In this document: positions 17,283-25,794 of the stretch, piece after piece
Position numbering within the stretch: position 1 is the stretch's first letter
How the letters are laid out: the number at the start of each line of letters is the position of its first letter
From: an uncultured Gammaproteobacteria bacterium
Lineage (GTDB): Bacteria > Patescibacteriota > Microgenomatia > UBA8517
Direction: 5' to 3'
Length of the DNA stretch: 40,198 nucleotides
NCBI GenBank assembly: GCA_964540475.1
Contig: CAZIMC010000002.1
Location: 177,551 to 217,748 of the forward strand
Program-made: the position numbers and the translations under genes
Notes under the pieces: generated by a model
Told to the model about the DNA's origin: nothing
What the model saw: only the letters and a program-made list of their open reading frames with translations
The model's database searches: none

Positions 17283-18167
17283 TTACAGTAGGGCAACCAG
17301 TGAGTCAAGCGCGGCGCGTTTGGTTAACACACGCCTTACAACTCTTTTTTGCTCATCACTTTGTGCATTTTTAGCTAGGTTTGGATCGGCTGATGAAGCT
17401 TTAAGCGCTTCATCGATTTGCTCTTCATTTACACTAATTTTTTCCTCTTCGATGATTTTTCCTAATATTAAATCAAGCTTAAGCGTACCTTCAGATTGTT
17501 TATTGTATTCTTCTCGCAGGCTTTCCGGAGTTTTACCTACAGAGGTCAAATAACTTTCTAAATTTAAACCCAAGTGTTCAATTCTATGCAGCAAATTGGA
17601 AAGTCTTGCGTTAACCTCTTCTTCTAATAAAACTTGAGGAATATTTACCTTTGCAGTTTCTAGAAGGGTTTTGATGACTAATTCTTCCTTTTGCTCTTTT
17701 GTGGGTTCTGTTTTTTCTTTGTTGTCTCCCGGTTTCCAAATTGCATCAGTCTTTCCAGCATTTTTGAGTGCCTCTTTATAATTTCCCAGATCTACCTTGG
17801 GCATTTCGCATGTTAAGGCTCTTACTTGCCAATCCTCGTTTTCATCAGCCTTAATCAGTTCAAACTTGGGGTAAATTGCGGGAATAATTTTATGCCCCTT
17901 TATTGCTTCAGCTAATGCGTGCGGCAGAAGTTTAGATAAAGTTTCTTGAATAAGCTTATCTTGGGGAATTTTTTCGGCTGCCTTCTCTTTAGGGGCCTTA
18001 CCTTTTCTGAACCCGGGGACGTCTATATTTTTTGCAAGTTCTGTTATTACTTCGTCACGTGTACTCTTGACTATCTCAAAGGGAACGGTAAATGTTAGTT
18101 GCAATGTTCCATCGTCTGTTTTGGCTAAGGCAGAAGTAATTTTAAGTTTAGTATTATTTTGTGCCAT
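17283..18167 (-). CDS. tig: trigger factor lacking the FKBP PPIase domain
   Basis: VPGFRKGKAP ribosome-binding signature; C-terminal chaperone domain; only 294 aa. Confidence 0.9.
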   Translation of the reverse strand: MAQNNTKLKITSALAKTDDGTLQLTFTVPFEIVKSTRDEVITELAKNIDVPGFRKGKAPKEKAAEKIPQDKLIQETLSKLLPHALAEAIKGHKIIPAIYPKFELIKADENEDWQVRALTCEMPKVDLGNYKEALKNAGKTDAIWKPGDNKEKTEPTKEQKEELVIKTLLETAKVNIPQVLLEEEVNARLSNLLHRIEHLGLNLESYLTSVGKTPESLREEYNKQSEGTLKLDLILGKIIEEEKISVNEEQIDEALKASSADPNLAKNAQSDEQKRVVRRVLTKRAALDSLVALL

Positions 18168-18239
18168 AAATTAAAAATCCACGTGTATCCGTGGTAATAG
18201 TATTATACCAGAAAGTTGGCAAATCCGATAATCGGACAA

Positions 18240-18413
18240 TTAACTACCGCCTTTGTGTTGGGTTTTAAACTGGCTGGGGTTAAATTTTATTTGAGGAGCT
18301 TGTCCGTGACTATTGCTGGGTTTTCCGAATCTGCTGAATTTAACAATATCCGGAGTCCTAAATCCCAACTGTGGCCCCGCTTTCTTTTTGGAAAAACTAT
18401 TATTTTGTGACAT
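18240..18413 (-). CDS. 57-aa basic, Gly/Lys/Phe-rich small protein (missed by the ORF track)
   Basis: MSQNNSFSKKKAGPQLGFRTPDIVKFSRFGKPSNSHGQAPQIKFNPSQFKTQHKGGS; TATAAT 7 nt before ATG; fills the tig-RRM gap. Confidence 0.7.
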   Translation of the reverse strand: MSQNNSFSKKKAGPQLGFRTPDIVKFSRFGKPSNSHGQAPQIKFNPSQFKTQHKGGS

Positions 18414-18435
18414 ACCCCTAATTATATAGTATAAT
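18407..18435 (+). promoter_or_regulatory. promoter for the RRM gene (overlaps the divergent 57-aa gene start)
   Basis: GTGACA (18407-18412), 17 nt, TATAAT (18430-18435). Confidence 0.7.
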
Positions 18436-18533
18436 TCAAGTACCTTCTAGGAATATTAAGGCTTCGAAGGCCCCCTTGCAGATTTGCGAGTATTTCCCAA
18501 GAGTGGATTAAAGTAGAAAGGAGGGGATAATTA

Positions 18534-18788
18534 ATGTCAGCAAAATTATTTGTAGGTAACTTGGATTACACTGTTACCACAGACGAGCTAAGAGATCTGT
18601 TTGCACAAGCAGGAAACGTTGTAGACGCAGTTGTTATAAACGACAGAGAGACAGGACGAAGCAGAGGTTTTGGATTTGTAGAATTTGATTCAGAAGAAAC
18701 CGCTAAAGCGGCTATTGAGAAATTTAATGGTTACGATTTGAAGGGCAGGAAAATCAACGTAAACGAAGCGCGAGCTCCTCAACAGTAA
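18534..18788 (+). CDS. RRM-domain RNA-binding protein
   Basis: RNP2 KLFVGNL, RNP1 RGFGFVEF; SD AAAGGAGG. Confidence 0.95.
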   Translation: MSAKLFVGNLDYTVTTDELRDLFAQAGNVVDAVVINDRETGRSRGFGFVEFDSEETAKAAIEKFNGYDLKGRKINVNEARAPQQ

Positions 18789-18809
18789 TCCCAATACAAT
18801 TACAAAGCA

Positions 18810-18842
18810 AAAAACATATACACGCTGTGTATAAGTGTTTTT
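18810..18842 (+). terminator. intrinsic terminator, possibly bidirectional
   Basis: AAAAACA-TATACAC-GCT-GTGTATA-AG-TGTTTTT. Confidence 0.7.
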
Positions 18843-18996
18843 GTGGCCAATTATTAAATACCCCACACCTATCGTGGGTTTGATTAGTATGCCTATATTC
18901 TTTTAGTATAGAGGCTATGTGTCGTATGTGCGCTAAAGAGGGGTTAAAAAAAGTTAAATTGTACTAGCCACAACCACTATATTTGAAGACTTTATA

Positions 18997-19335
18997 TTAT
19001 TCTGAGGCGAGTTTGTTAAGAAACCAGGATACGAGGGATAATACGACGGAGGCGATCACTGCTGTAAGGAATGTGTCGATTGTGAAACCCGGCACAACCC
19101 TTGATGTCCCCCAGAGAAGTAGTACGTTAATCAAAAAGGCTGCAACTCCAAAAGTAAGAATGGAAACTGGCAGCGCAATAAGCTGTAAAATGGGTCTTAT
19201 AAATGTGTTAACTACACCTATTGCTACAGCAGCAACAATTGCTGTCCAAAGATCCGCAAGAATAAATCCAGGAACAATGTAGGCTACAATAAGAAGTGTG
19301 AAGACATTTACACCGAGTCTTACTAAAATCTTCAT
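18997..19335 (-). CDS. phage holin family 4-like (YvlD/DUF360) membrane protein
   Basis: GVVNTFIRPILQLIALPVSILTFG..FLINVLLL..VPGF signature. Confidence 0.85.
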   Translation of the reverse strand: MKILVRLGVNVFTLLIVAYIVPGFILADLWTAIVAAVAIGVVNTFIRPILQLIALPVSILTFGVAAFLINVLLLWGTSRVVPGFTIDTFLTAVIASVVLSLVSWFLNKLASE

Positions 19336-19353
19336 ATACTCATAATGAACTAT

Positions 19354-20418
19354 TTATTCACCCGTTGTCAAATGTTTGTTGAAAAATGCCAAACTTCTTG
19401 CAACTGCCACGTTCCATGACGGGTTTAAGTTGTGATCTGCGCCAGGATATGTAAACAATTCTACTTCTTTTTCCTTGCTCTCTAAAATTCTCACAAATTG
19501 ACTACTCCAGGAAACAGGAACTGCGTTGTCCGCAGTTCCCTGGTGAATTTGAATTGGCGCGTTAATACGGTCGTAGTAATTGTGAATTGAATAGCTATCT
19601 GTATCGTACAAAGCCTCGAATTTTGAAAGTTCAGATCTTAAAAATTTACCTAAGTCATTCGAGCTGTCGGTATAGTAGAGAATTGAATACGGAAAAGGTT
19701 TCGTAACCGGCGCCCAAAGAACAGTTGGAATTGGCTTTTGCGTAACTTCCAGACTGGTTATTGCAATTTGTCCTCCATTTGAGTGTCCCCAGATGAATAA
19801 GCTGGAATGGTCAATTAGTTTATTGGTTACCTGGGCGGGACCGGAGATCAACATGGGACTGTATTGCATTTCCTCGAGTGTCTTTAGCAAAACCAAGGCA
19901 GTTGTATATGTTTGAAATCGAGTTTCAAAAATATTGTCAGATTCGCGACTTGAGCCAGCATAGCCTAAAAAATCCGGCGCTATGGTAATAAAGCCATTTT
20001 CCGAAAAATACTCCCCCGCTCTTTTAGTGCCAACACCAGTCTGATAAATCGAGGGATCCACATATCCCCGGAACATTACGATTAATGGGTGTGGGCCATT
20101 TGTTTTGGGCAAGTTTATAAGTCCGGTGACGGTTTTTTCTGTTTTATTAGTAAGTGTAGGATCAAAATTCATCCTGAAAAGATGGGAGGTAAAGTTTTCG
20201 GTTTCATTAAGTGTTTCAACTATTTCTATTTGTGCAGGTAATACGTTAGTGTTTGAGAGGTTTTCAATTGAATATTTATCAAGGGGTCTGCTAATAATTT
20301 CAGCGACTTCCGGTATGGGAATTTCTTTTACCAGATAATCCCTACCAAACCAACCACCCGCAAATGCTGTGGCGATTAGAAGTATGGCTATAAGAACTTT
20401 TAGTATTTTTTTAGGCAT
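19354..20418 (-). CDS. membrane-anchored alpha/beta hydrolase (S9 peptidase-like)
   Basis: GHSNGG nucleophile elbow, HQGTADNAV, GADH; N-terminal TM. Confidence 0.85.
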   Translation of the reverse strand: MPKKILKVLIAILLIATAFAGGWFGRDYLVKEIPIPEVAEIISRPLDKYSIENLSNTNVLPAQIEIVETLNETENFTSHLFRMNFDPTLTNKTEKTVTGLINLPKTNGPHPLIVMFRGYVDPSIYQTGVGTKRAGEYFSENGFITIAPDFLGYAGSSRESDNIFETRFQTYTTALVLLKTLEEMQYSPMLISGPAQVTNKLIDHSSLFIWGHSNGGQIAITSLEVTQKPIPTVLWAPVTKPFPYSILYYTDSSNDLGKFLRSELSKFEALYDTDSYSIHNYYDRINAPIQIHQGTADNAVPVSWSSQFVRILESKEKEVELFTYPGADHNLNPSWNVAVARSLAFFNKHLTTGE

Positions 20419-21834
20419 CTAAAGAAGAAAATTAACTACGGTAAATATACTAAATGAACCGTAGAAAAGGAAAGCCACTAAAAGTGCAAACTTTCTTAAA
20501 AGGTTAGGACGAGTTTTAACGGGTAAAAGTGTCGCGTTTAAGAAAAGTACCATGCCTGTATAAATAAACATAGAAATCGCGTTTAGTACTGCTCCCAAAA
20601 CGACTAAAGTTAGCGGTTCGGTAAATCCTAGTGCAAAGACACTGATACCTGCAAGAATTTGCAACCAAAGAAAGAAATAAAAGAATTTAGAGACGCTCTT
20701 TGGGGTAAACCTTTTAGGGTTTGTGATTATTAAGTTTTCAGTCATTATTCTGCTGGTTGAACCATAAATTGAAAATTGGGTCCCGAAAAGCATAAGGCCA
20801 GCAGTAACAAGAAATATGGTTCCGACAACTGGAAGCGTTATTGATGAAATTGCTGCCGCCTCGCTTATGACAAAATTAATACTGGTTTCAACACCCTCGT
20901 GGCCAAATACGGTTGTATAGGCAAGAAGAGCAAGGAGTAACATAGATATTGTACCGGTAAGCCAGAAAACCAGGAAGTGTTCAAGATTAATTTTTTTCCA
21001 CCAGCCGTCAAAATGTTTAAGATTCATGGGAGTTTGCGGGAAAGTGGCTCCTTCAAGCTGAATTTCACTTTTTTTTCGGGAAAATATATTAGTTAGTTTG
21101 CCGAAATATTTACCCATTCCGTAGCCCTTTTCTTTAGCATAAAAGGATTGGGCAAGGTTTAAATTGCCCCCTGCACCCGAATATGCGAAAGCGGCTAAAA
21201 ATGTAGCAAAAGGGATGCCTGCCGGTATTAACCAATAGGTCTCTAAATTCACTGTTTCTCCGCGGCCAACAATTCCGGCCAGTAAGGTAAGCCAATCATT
21301 TCTTTGTGCAAGGTAAAGCGTTATGCCAACAATTAGCGGAACTCCCAGAATAATGATTAGTTTTTGAACAGTCTCCTGGGTTTTATAAACAACATGCCCC
21401 AAGCTAAAGAATAACCCGATTAATAAAAGCAGGGCTATGCCGATATACCCCGAATAGGCTATACCCAATGAGGCTGCCAGAACTTTCGCACTTGATGCTA
21501 TGATCCCCGGCCATATCCAGGGAACAAAGCTTGTAAACATAAACCAGTAAGGCGAGAGTTTTCCAAACCTTCTTGTTAACCCGACAAATATGCTTTCTCC
21601 GGTAACGAGCGAATACCTCTCAATTTCCATATTGAGAAAAAACTGGAATGTTATTCCAAGAATTGCTGCCCACATTATTCCCAATCCGAAATTGGAAGCT
21701 AAATACGGCCAGAGAATCACTTCCCCACTCCCCAGCCCTGCGGCCAAAATAATAAAGCTCGGGCCGATCAAGTTTCTAAGTGGTGGGGCAGACGGCAGAC
21801 TCTGATTACTAATGGGGATTTTTTTGTTCATCAC
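20419..21834 (-). CDS. Nramp-family/APC-superfamily transporter
   Basis: IGPSFIILAAGLGSGEVILWP, EIERYSLVTGE; about 11 TM. Confidence 0.8.
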   Translation of the reverse strand: MMNKKIPISNQSLPSAPPLRNLIGPSFIILAAGLGSGEVILWPYLASNFGLGIMWAAILGITFQFFLNMEIERYSLVTGESIFVGLTRRFGKLSPYWFMFTSFVPWIWPGIIASSAKVLAASLGIAYSGYIGIALLLLIGLFFSLGHVVYKTQETVQKLIIILGVPLIVGITLYLAQRNDWLTLLAGIVGRGETVNLETYWLIPAGIPFATFLAAFAYSGAGGNLNLAQSFYAKEKGYGMGKYFGKLTNIFSRKKSEIQLEGATFPQTPMNLKHFDGWWKKINLEHFLVFWLTGTISMLLLALLAYTTVFGHEGVETSINFVISEAAAISSITLPVVGTIFLVTAGLMLFGTQFSIYGSTSRIMTENLIITNPKRFTPKSVSKFFYFFLWLQILAGISVFALGFTEPLTLVVLGAVLNAISMFIYTGMVLFLNATLLPVKTRPNLLRKFALLVAFLFYGSFSIFTVVNFLL

Positions 21835-22061
21835 AGATTAAACCTCTTCTTGACCATATTTCTAAAAAACTTTATATCAACTACGAGCTCGCTAACTATC
21901 GCAAAAGGCAAAGCCACCATAAAAGCTATCCAGACTGTTTGCCAGGTAATTTTTGCATCTGTTGCAATCTTGATAGCAAGAAGATCTTCGATAATCCCAA
22001 AAACAAGTCCAATTACAAAAAATTCAAGTAATCTGAAAGTTATTCTCTTTTTCGTGGACAT
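21831..22061 (-). CDS. small 2-TM hypothetical protein
   Basis: 76 aa, two hydrophobic helices; overlaps the transporter start. Confidence 0.75.
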   Translation of the reverse strand: MSTKKRITFRLLEFFVIGLVFGIIEDLLAIKIATDAKITWQTVWIAFMVALPFAIVSELVVDIKFFRNMVKKRFNL

Positions 22062-22148
22062 TAGTGCAACTCATTCAGCTTAATGAAGAATTGCCCTGCG
22101 TGTCAAGAAACACTTGACTTCGGGTTTTGTTTGGGTGTAAAAATAGAT

Positions 22149-22409
22149 ATGGTACAAAAACTCTCTGAACCGGTTTCAGTCTACTACTCATATAATCACA
22201 ATAGAAGCTTGGTGGATCTTCACTGGGTTGTCTGGAAAGGAAGGATGCACCGGATCAAAAAAATCGGGCTTCACCATACATACCGCAAAGGAAGAAATCT
22301 TTATCATGTTTTCTCGGCAGTATCGGATACTTTATTTTTCCGGCTGGTTTTAGACACCGAAAGTCTAACCTGGAAGCTGGAAGAGATTTCAGATGGACTA
22401 CCGGATTAA
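22149..22409 (+). CDS. 86-aa beta-rich protein upstream of dinB
   Basis: MVQKLSEPVSV..VWKGRMHRIKKIGLHH..FRLVLDTESLTWKLEE; start at ATG 22149. Confidence 0.8.
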   Translation: MVQKLSEPVSVYYSYNHNRSLVDLHWVVWKGRMHRIKKIGLHHTYRKGRNLYHVFSAVSDTLFFRLVLDTESLTWKLEEISDGLPD

Positions 22410-22510
22410 AAATTGACCTAATTAATCTAATTTCTAAACCATATTAATTTTAGATTCCTGAAATTCTTAAACTTTAGGTCAATTAGAAACTAAAATAATT
22501 AGAAATTTTT

Positions 22511-23779
22511 ATGATGGAGTCTGGCAATAGTCTTAAGCTAGCTTTTAATCCCGCCCCTTCCCGCATCTTGCACATCGATCTTAATTCCTGCTTTGCAACG
22601 ATTGAACAGCAGGCAAACCCTCTTCTTCGGGGAAAACCAATTGTGGTTGCCGCCTATACTACCCCGAGCGGTTGTGTCTTGGCTCCGTCAGTAGAGGCAA
22701 AAAGATTTGGGATCAAAACTGGCATGAGGGTTAAGGATGCCAGAAGGCTTTGCCCCAATGTTGTGGTTCTTCCTTCTGACCCTTGGAAATACAGAAACGT
22801 TCATTTGGGTTTAAGAAAAATAATGGCCAGCTTTACGGATGATTTTTATCCGAAAAGCATTGACGAATTTGTCCTGAACCTTTCTGATTATATCGTTGTG
22901 CACGAAAGAGACATTTGTGATATTGGAATGGAAATCAAGCAAAGAATCAAGAAAGAGGTTGGTGATTGGTTAACAGTTTCAATCGGCATAGCCCCAAACA
23001 GATATTTAGCCAAAATTGGCGCCTCTTTGCATAAACCTGATGGGCTTGATGAGATTAACCAGTCTAACCACACGGATATTTATTCCAAGCTTAAGTTAAC
23101 TGATTTAACTGGGATTAAGGATGCGAATGCTTTTAGGCTTGAACGTATGGGAATTGTTTCTGTCCACGATTTCTATAATGCGTCGGTCCAGACTTTAAAA
23201 GCCGCATTTAATTCCATAACCGGATATTACTGGTATTTAAGATTGCGAGGCTGGGAGATTGATAACGTAGAATTCTCCCGACGCAGTTATGGTAACTCAT
23301 ATTCTCTACCTAAGCCCTTGGTGTCTCCGCAGGAGCTTTCCCCCATCCTTTGTAAATTATGTGAGAAAATGGGTGCCAGGCTTCGTAGGGCGGGTTTTAA
23401 AGCCTCTGGAATCCATTTGGCGGTATGGTACCGGGATGGAAGCTTTTGGCACAAAGGAAAAACAACAAAAGTAATCTTTGATTCTAGAGATTTTTTCAAA
23501 GAAGCTTTCAGGATACTTACCATCTCTCCATCCAGAAAACCTGTTCGCAACCTGGCGGTTTCTTGTTTTAATTTGGTAAAACAGAATTTTTGCCAGCTGG
23601 ACCTATTTGATAAAACCGACATGAGACGGAGGGCCGTTGAATCTGTTGATAAAATCAATAGGCGTTGGGGAGAATTCGTGGTAACCTCCGCAAGGATGGT
23701 TGATACGGGAAGGTTTGTTCCTGACAGGATAGAGTTTGGAAACGTAAAAGAGATTGAAGAGTTTACTTTAAGCCCTTGA
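22511..23779 (+). CDS. dinB: Y-family DNA polymerase (DinB/Pol IV-like)
   Basis: LHIDLNSCFATIEQ, SVEAKRFGIKTGM, SIDE, SIGIAPNRYLAK, C-terminal little-finger domain. Confidence 0.92.
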   Translation: MMESGNSLKLAFNPAPSRILHIDLNSCFATIEQQANPLLRGKPIVVAAYTTPSGCVLAPSVEAKRFGIKTGMRVKDARRLCPNVVVLPSDPWKYRNVHLGLRKIMASFTDDFYPKSIDEFVLNLSDYIVVHERDICDIGMEIKQRIKKEVGDWLTVSIGIAPNRYLAKIGASLHKPDGLDEINQSNHTDIYSKLKLTDLTGIKDANAFRLERMGIVSVHDFYNASVQTLKAAFNSITGYYWYLRLRGWEIDNVEFSRRSYGNSYSLPKPLVSPQELSPILCKLCEKMGARLRRAGFKASGIHLAVWYRDGSFWHKGKTTKVIFDSRDFFKEAFRILTISPSRKPVRNLAVSCFNLVKQNFCQLDLFDKTDMRRRAVESVDKINRRWGEFVVTSARMVDTGRFVPDRIEFGNVKEIEEFTLSP

Positions 23780-23781
23780 AA

Positions 23782-24291
23782 CTAAAGGGAGGACAAATCA
23801 ACCGGGTCACCAGTGGCCACATTAAACTTTTCAGAAAAACCTGCATTTACCTCTAAAACATGATCTATCGGGCTTGGGGGCATATAGACTGTGAGTTTGC
23901 TGTCGGGCGTGTCGGCATCAGGAGGAGAAACTTGCTTGTCAATTTTGACAATTTTTCCGTCTTTTATCCAAATTATGTCTATGGGAATTAACATGTTTTT
24001 CATCCAAAAAGAGGGTCTGGTGTTTTTGCCATTAAAAACAAAGAGCATTCCTTCGTTTTCTTTTAGATCGTTTTTACCCGATAAACCCTTTTGCCGTTTT
24101 TCTTCTGTGTCTGCAATATCCACTAATATTTCTACATCCTTTACCTTTATTGCAGGCTTTGAAGGTGGGTTAGAGGAGGTGTTTATTGTTGGAAATATGG
24201 AAAAAGAATTGTTTTGGACATTTCTAGTTAACAACCCCACCACAGTTATAAATATTATTACCCCCAAAAGTGGCAGAAGAATTTGTTTCAT
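23782..24291 (-). CDS. DUF192-domain protein
   Basis: ADTEEKRQKGLS, GMLFVF, FWMKNMLIPIDIIWI, VLEVNAG. Confidence 0.9.
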   Translation of the reverse strand: MKQILLPLLGVIIFITVVGLLTRNVQNNSFSIFPTINTSSNPPSKPAIKVKDVEILVDIADTEEKRQKGLSGKNDLKENEGMLFVFNGKNTRPSFWMKNMLIPIDIIWIKDGKIVKIDKQVSPPDADTPDSKLTVYMPPSPIDHVLEVNAGFSEKFNVATGDPVDLSSL

Positions 24292-24311
24292 ATAAGGAGC
24301 CTAATTTACTA

Positions 24312-24551
24312 TTAATTAAGTTCTCTTTCAATATCCAAAAGCTCTTTGTCCAAGTCAGTAAAATCTGTGTCCCCCAGCTCCTGTTCAATAACAGTCAGTT
24401 CGTCTGAGCTTGATATTTCGAGCAAAACCCTCACATCTTCCGGAACAGGCGGGCTTGAAGTATTGTGCTTAAAGAGATAAAAACCAACACCCAGGAGCAT
24501 AATTAGTACCCCTGATAGGAAAATAATTGTATTTTTCGGCTCGATTTTCAT
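24312..24551 (-). CDS. hypothetical membrane-anchored protein
   Basis: N-terminal TM, acidic tail. Confidence 0.7.
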   Translation of the reverse strand: MKIEPKNTIIFLSGVLIMLLGVGFYLFKHNTSSPPVPEDVRVLLEISSSDELTVIEQELGDTDFTDLDKELLDIERELN

Positions 24552-25123
24552 TGTCCACTCCCCGTTCGTAAACCTTTTATTCCGCCAACTACTTTGACCA
24601 GTAATCTGTGTGTTTGCTGCAACTCTGTTTTAATGTCGGTAACAAGGGATCTGAGTTCGGGTATTTTGTTTTTGGGTTCGTCTGAAGCTGCCATGCTATC
24701 TAATAATACCTTTATATTTTCAAGTGTAATTTTGGCATTTTCTAGATTATTTTTTGCTGAGTCAATATCTGAATTGATAGCAGTTAAATTAACTTCTGGA
24801 TTTTCCTCTTGTAGCTTTGAAAGTCTATTTTCAATTTTATTAATAAGCTGTTCAAGCCTACTTATAGCAGCAGAAAGCTTTCTAAACATATTTTGTCCAT
24901 ACACTTCTGTGGCGCGTTTCTTAGCTAATCTTGCCTTAGCTTCACCTGTAGCACGCATTTCGGGAGTATTCTTCTCGATGTTGTCCCGGATCCGGTTTTG
25001 TTGTTGCCTTTCAATTTGTAAATTACGGTCTGGTTTTAGTAAATTACCTCTGTCTTGTGCGGAAGCGGCAGAAACATGAAGAAAAGTTAGAAGTAATGCA
25101 AGTACAATTAATCTTATTGTCAC
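24548..25123 (-). CDS. secreted coiled-coil hypothetical protein
   Basis: Signal peptide (..SAASA), long heptad helices. Confidence 0.8.
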   Translation of the reverse strand: MTIRLIVLALLLTFLHVSAASAQDRGNLLKPDRNLQIERQQQNRIRDNIEKNTPEMRATGEAKARLAKKRATEVYGQNMFRKLSAAISRLEQLINKIENRLSKLQEENPEVNLTAINSDIDSAKNNLENAKITLENIKVLLDSMAASDEPKNKIPELRSLVTDIKTELQQTHRLLVKVVGGIKGLRTGSGQ

Positions 25124-25140
25124 GTTAATTCATTTTTCAC

Positions 25141-25353
25141 TCATTTGACAGTATTGTCAATACTGTCTGCAAAATCCCCGAGAATCGCTGAATCCTGTGC
25201 GGAAATGCCAATTTGAGGAGGTTGTAGCTTTAACACTACACCAAATATTAAGAAAAAGACAAGCAATGGCAAAACTAGTAGAAGTATAAGTGGATTTGCA
25301 TGAAACTTATTGGAGTGTAAATGAAGCAAATCCATACCATATTCTATACACAA
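25141..25353 (-). CDS. small membrane hypothetical protein
   Basis: One TM (PLILLLVLPLLVFFLIFGVVL); start uncertain. Confidence 0.55.
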   Translation of the reverse strand: MCIEYGMDLLHLHSNKFHANPLILLLVLPLLVFFLIFGVVLKLQPPQIGISAQDSAILGDFADSIDNTVK

Positions 25354-25403
25354 CCCCAGTGTCCATTCAAGTACTTGCTCTTAATATAGCAAAGTCTTTT
25401 GTG

Positions 25404-25486
25404 TGCCGAGGAGAGGACTCGAACCTCCACGTCCGAAAGGACACAGGATCCTAAATCCTGCGCGTCTACCATTCCGCCACCCCGGC
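25404..25486 (-). tRNA. tRNA-Leu(TAG)
   Basis: Anticodon arm cagga-TTTAGGA-tcctg; long variable arm. Confidence 0.95.
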
Positions 25487-25503
25487 AAATACAATAGGCA
25501 TAA

Positions 25504-25564
25504 GGAATGGCCAAACTTTGCTTACTTTGAACGATTGTGAAAAGCAAGCTTTGCTTACCATTCC
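25504..25564. repeat. 61-bp palindromic REP/MITE-like element, copy 1
   Basis: Terminal inverted repeat GGAATGG/CCATTCC; 25516-25560 is the exact reverse complement of 31025-31069. Confidence 0.85.
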
Positions 25565-25624
25565 GCCACCAGTCCTTAAACCAGACCAAACCTTATTATA
25601 CTATTTCTAGAGAGATTCAACCAC

Positions 25625-25701
25625 AAAAAAGGCCCCCCATAAAGGAGGGCCAAGAAAAATCCTAACGCTTGTTCCCGTAAACGGGACTTGCCTCAGAATC
25701 T
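25625..25701 (-). ncRNA. candidate ~77-nt small RNA or leader RNA
   Basis: Promoter TTGACG-17-TATAGT (25736-25708); stem GATTCTGA/TTAGGATT enclosing hairpin TCCCGT-TT-ACGGGA; terminator GGCCCTCC-TTTAT-GGGGGGCC-TTTTTT. Confidence 0.55.
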
Positions 25702-25794
25702 ATAAGTACTATAACATAATACTATAAGATCGTCAAGTTTTGCTCTAAATAATGTACAAAAATGGGTCAAATGGAGGTTGATAATAAATATGAC

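Noticed and set aside
18216-18410. 64-aa plus-strand ORF
   Set aside because: Antisense to the better-supported 57-aa minus-strand ORF; TTG start with no SD
18917-18967. Tiny ORF MCRMCAKEGLKKVKLY
   Set aside because: Only 16 codons, no attenuator structure or context; likely chance
18997-19335. Holin as evidence of a prophage
   Set aside because: This family is a common chromosomal membrane protein and has no phage neighbours here
25344-25589. ORFs 25344..25589, 27329..27556, 29335..29538, 30855..31301, 37306..37515 and 38150..38338
   Set aside because: They read through tRNA genes or REP-like repeats; the shared peptide KQSLLFTIVQSKQS is just the translated repeat
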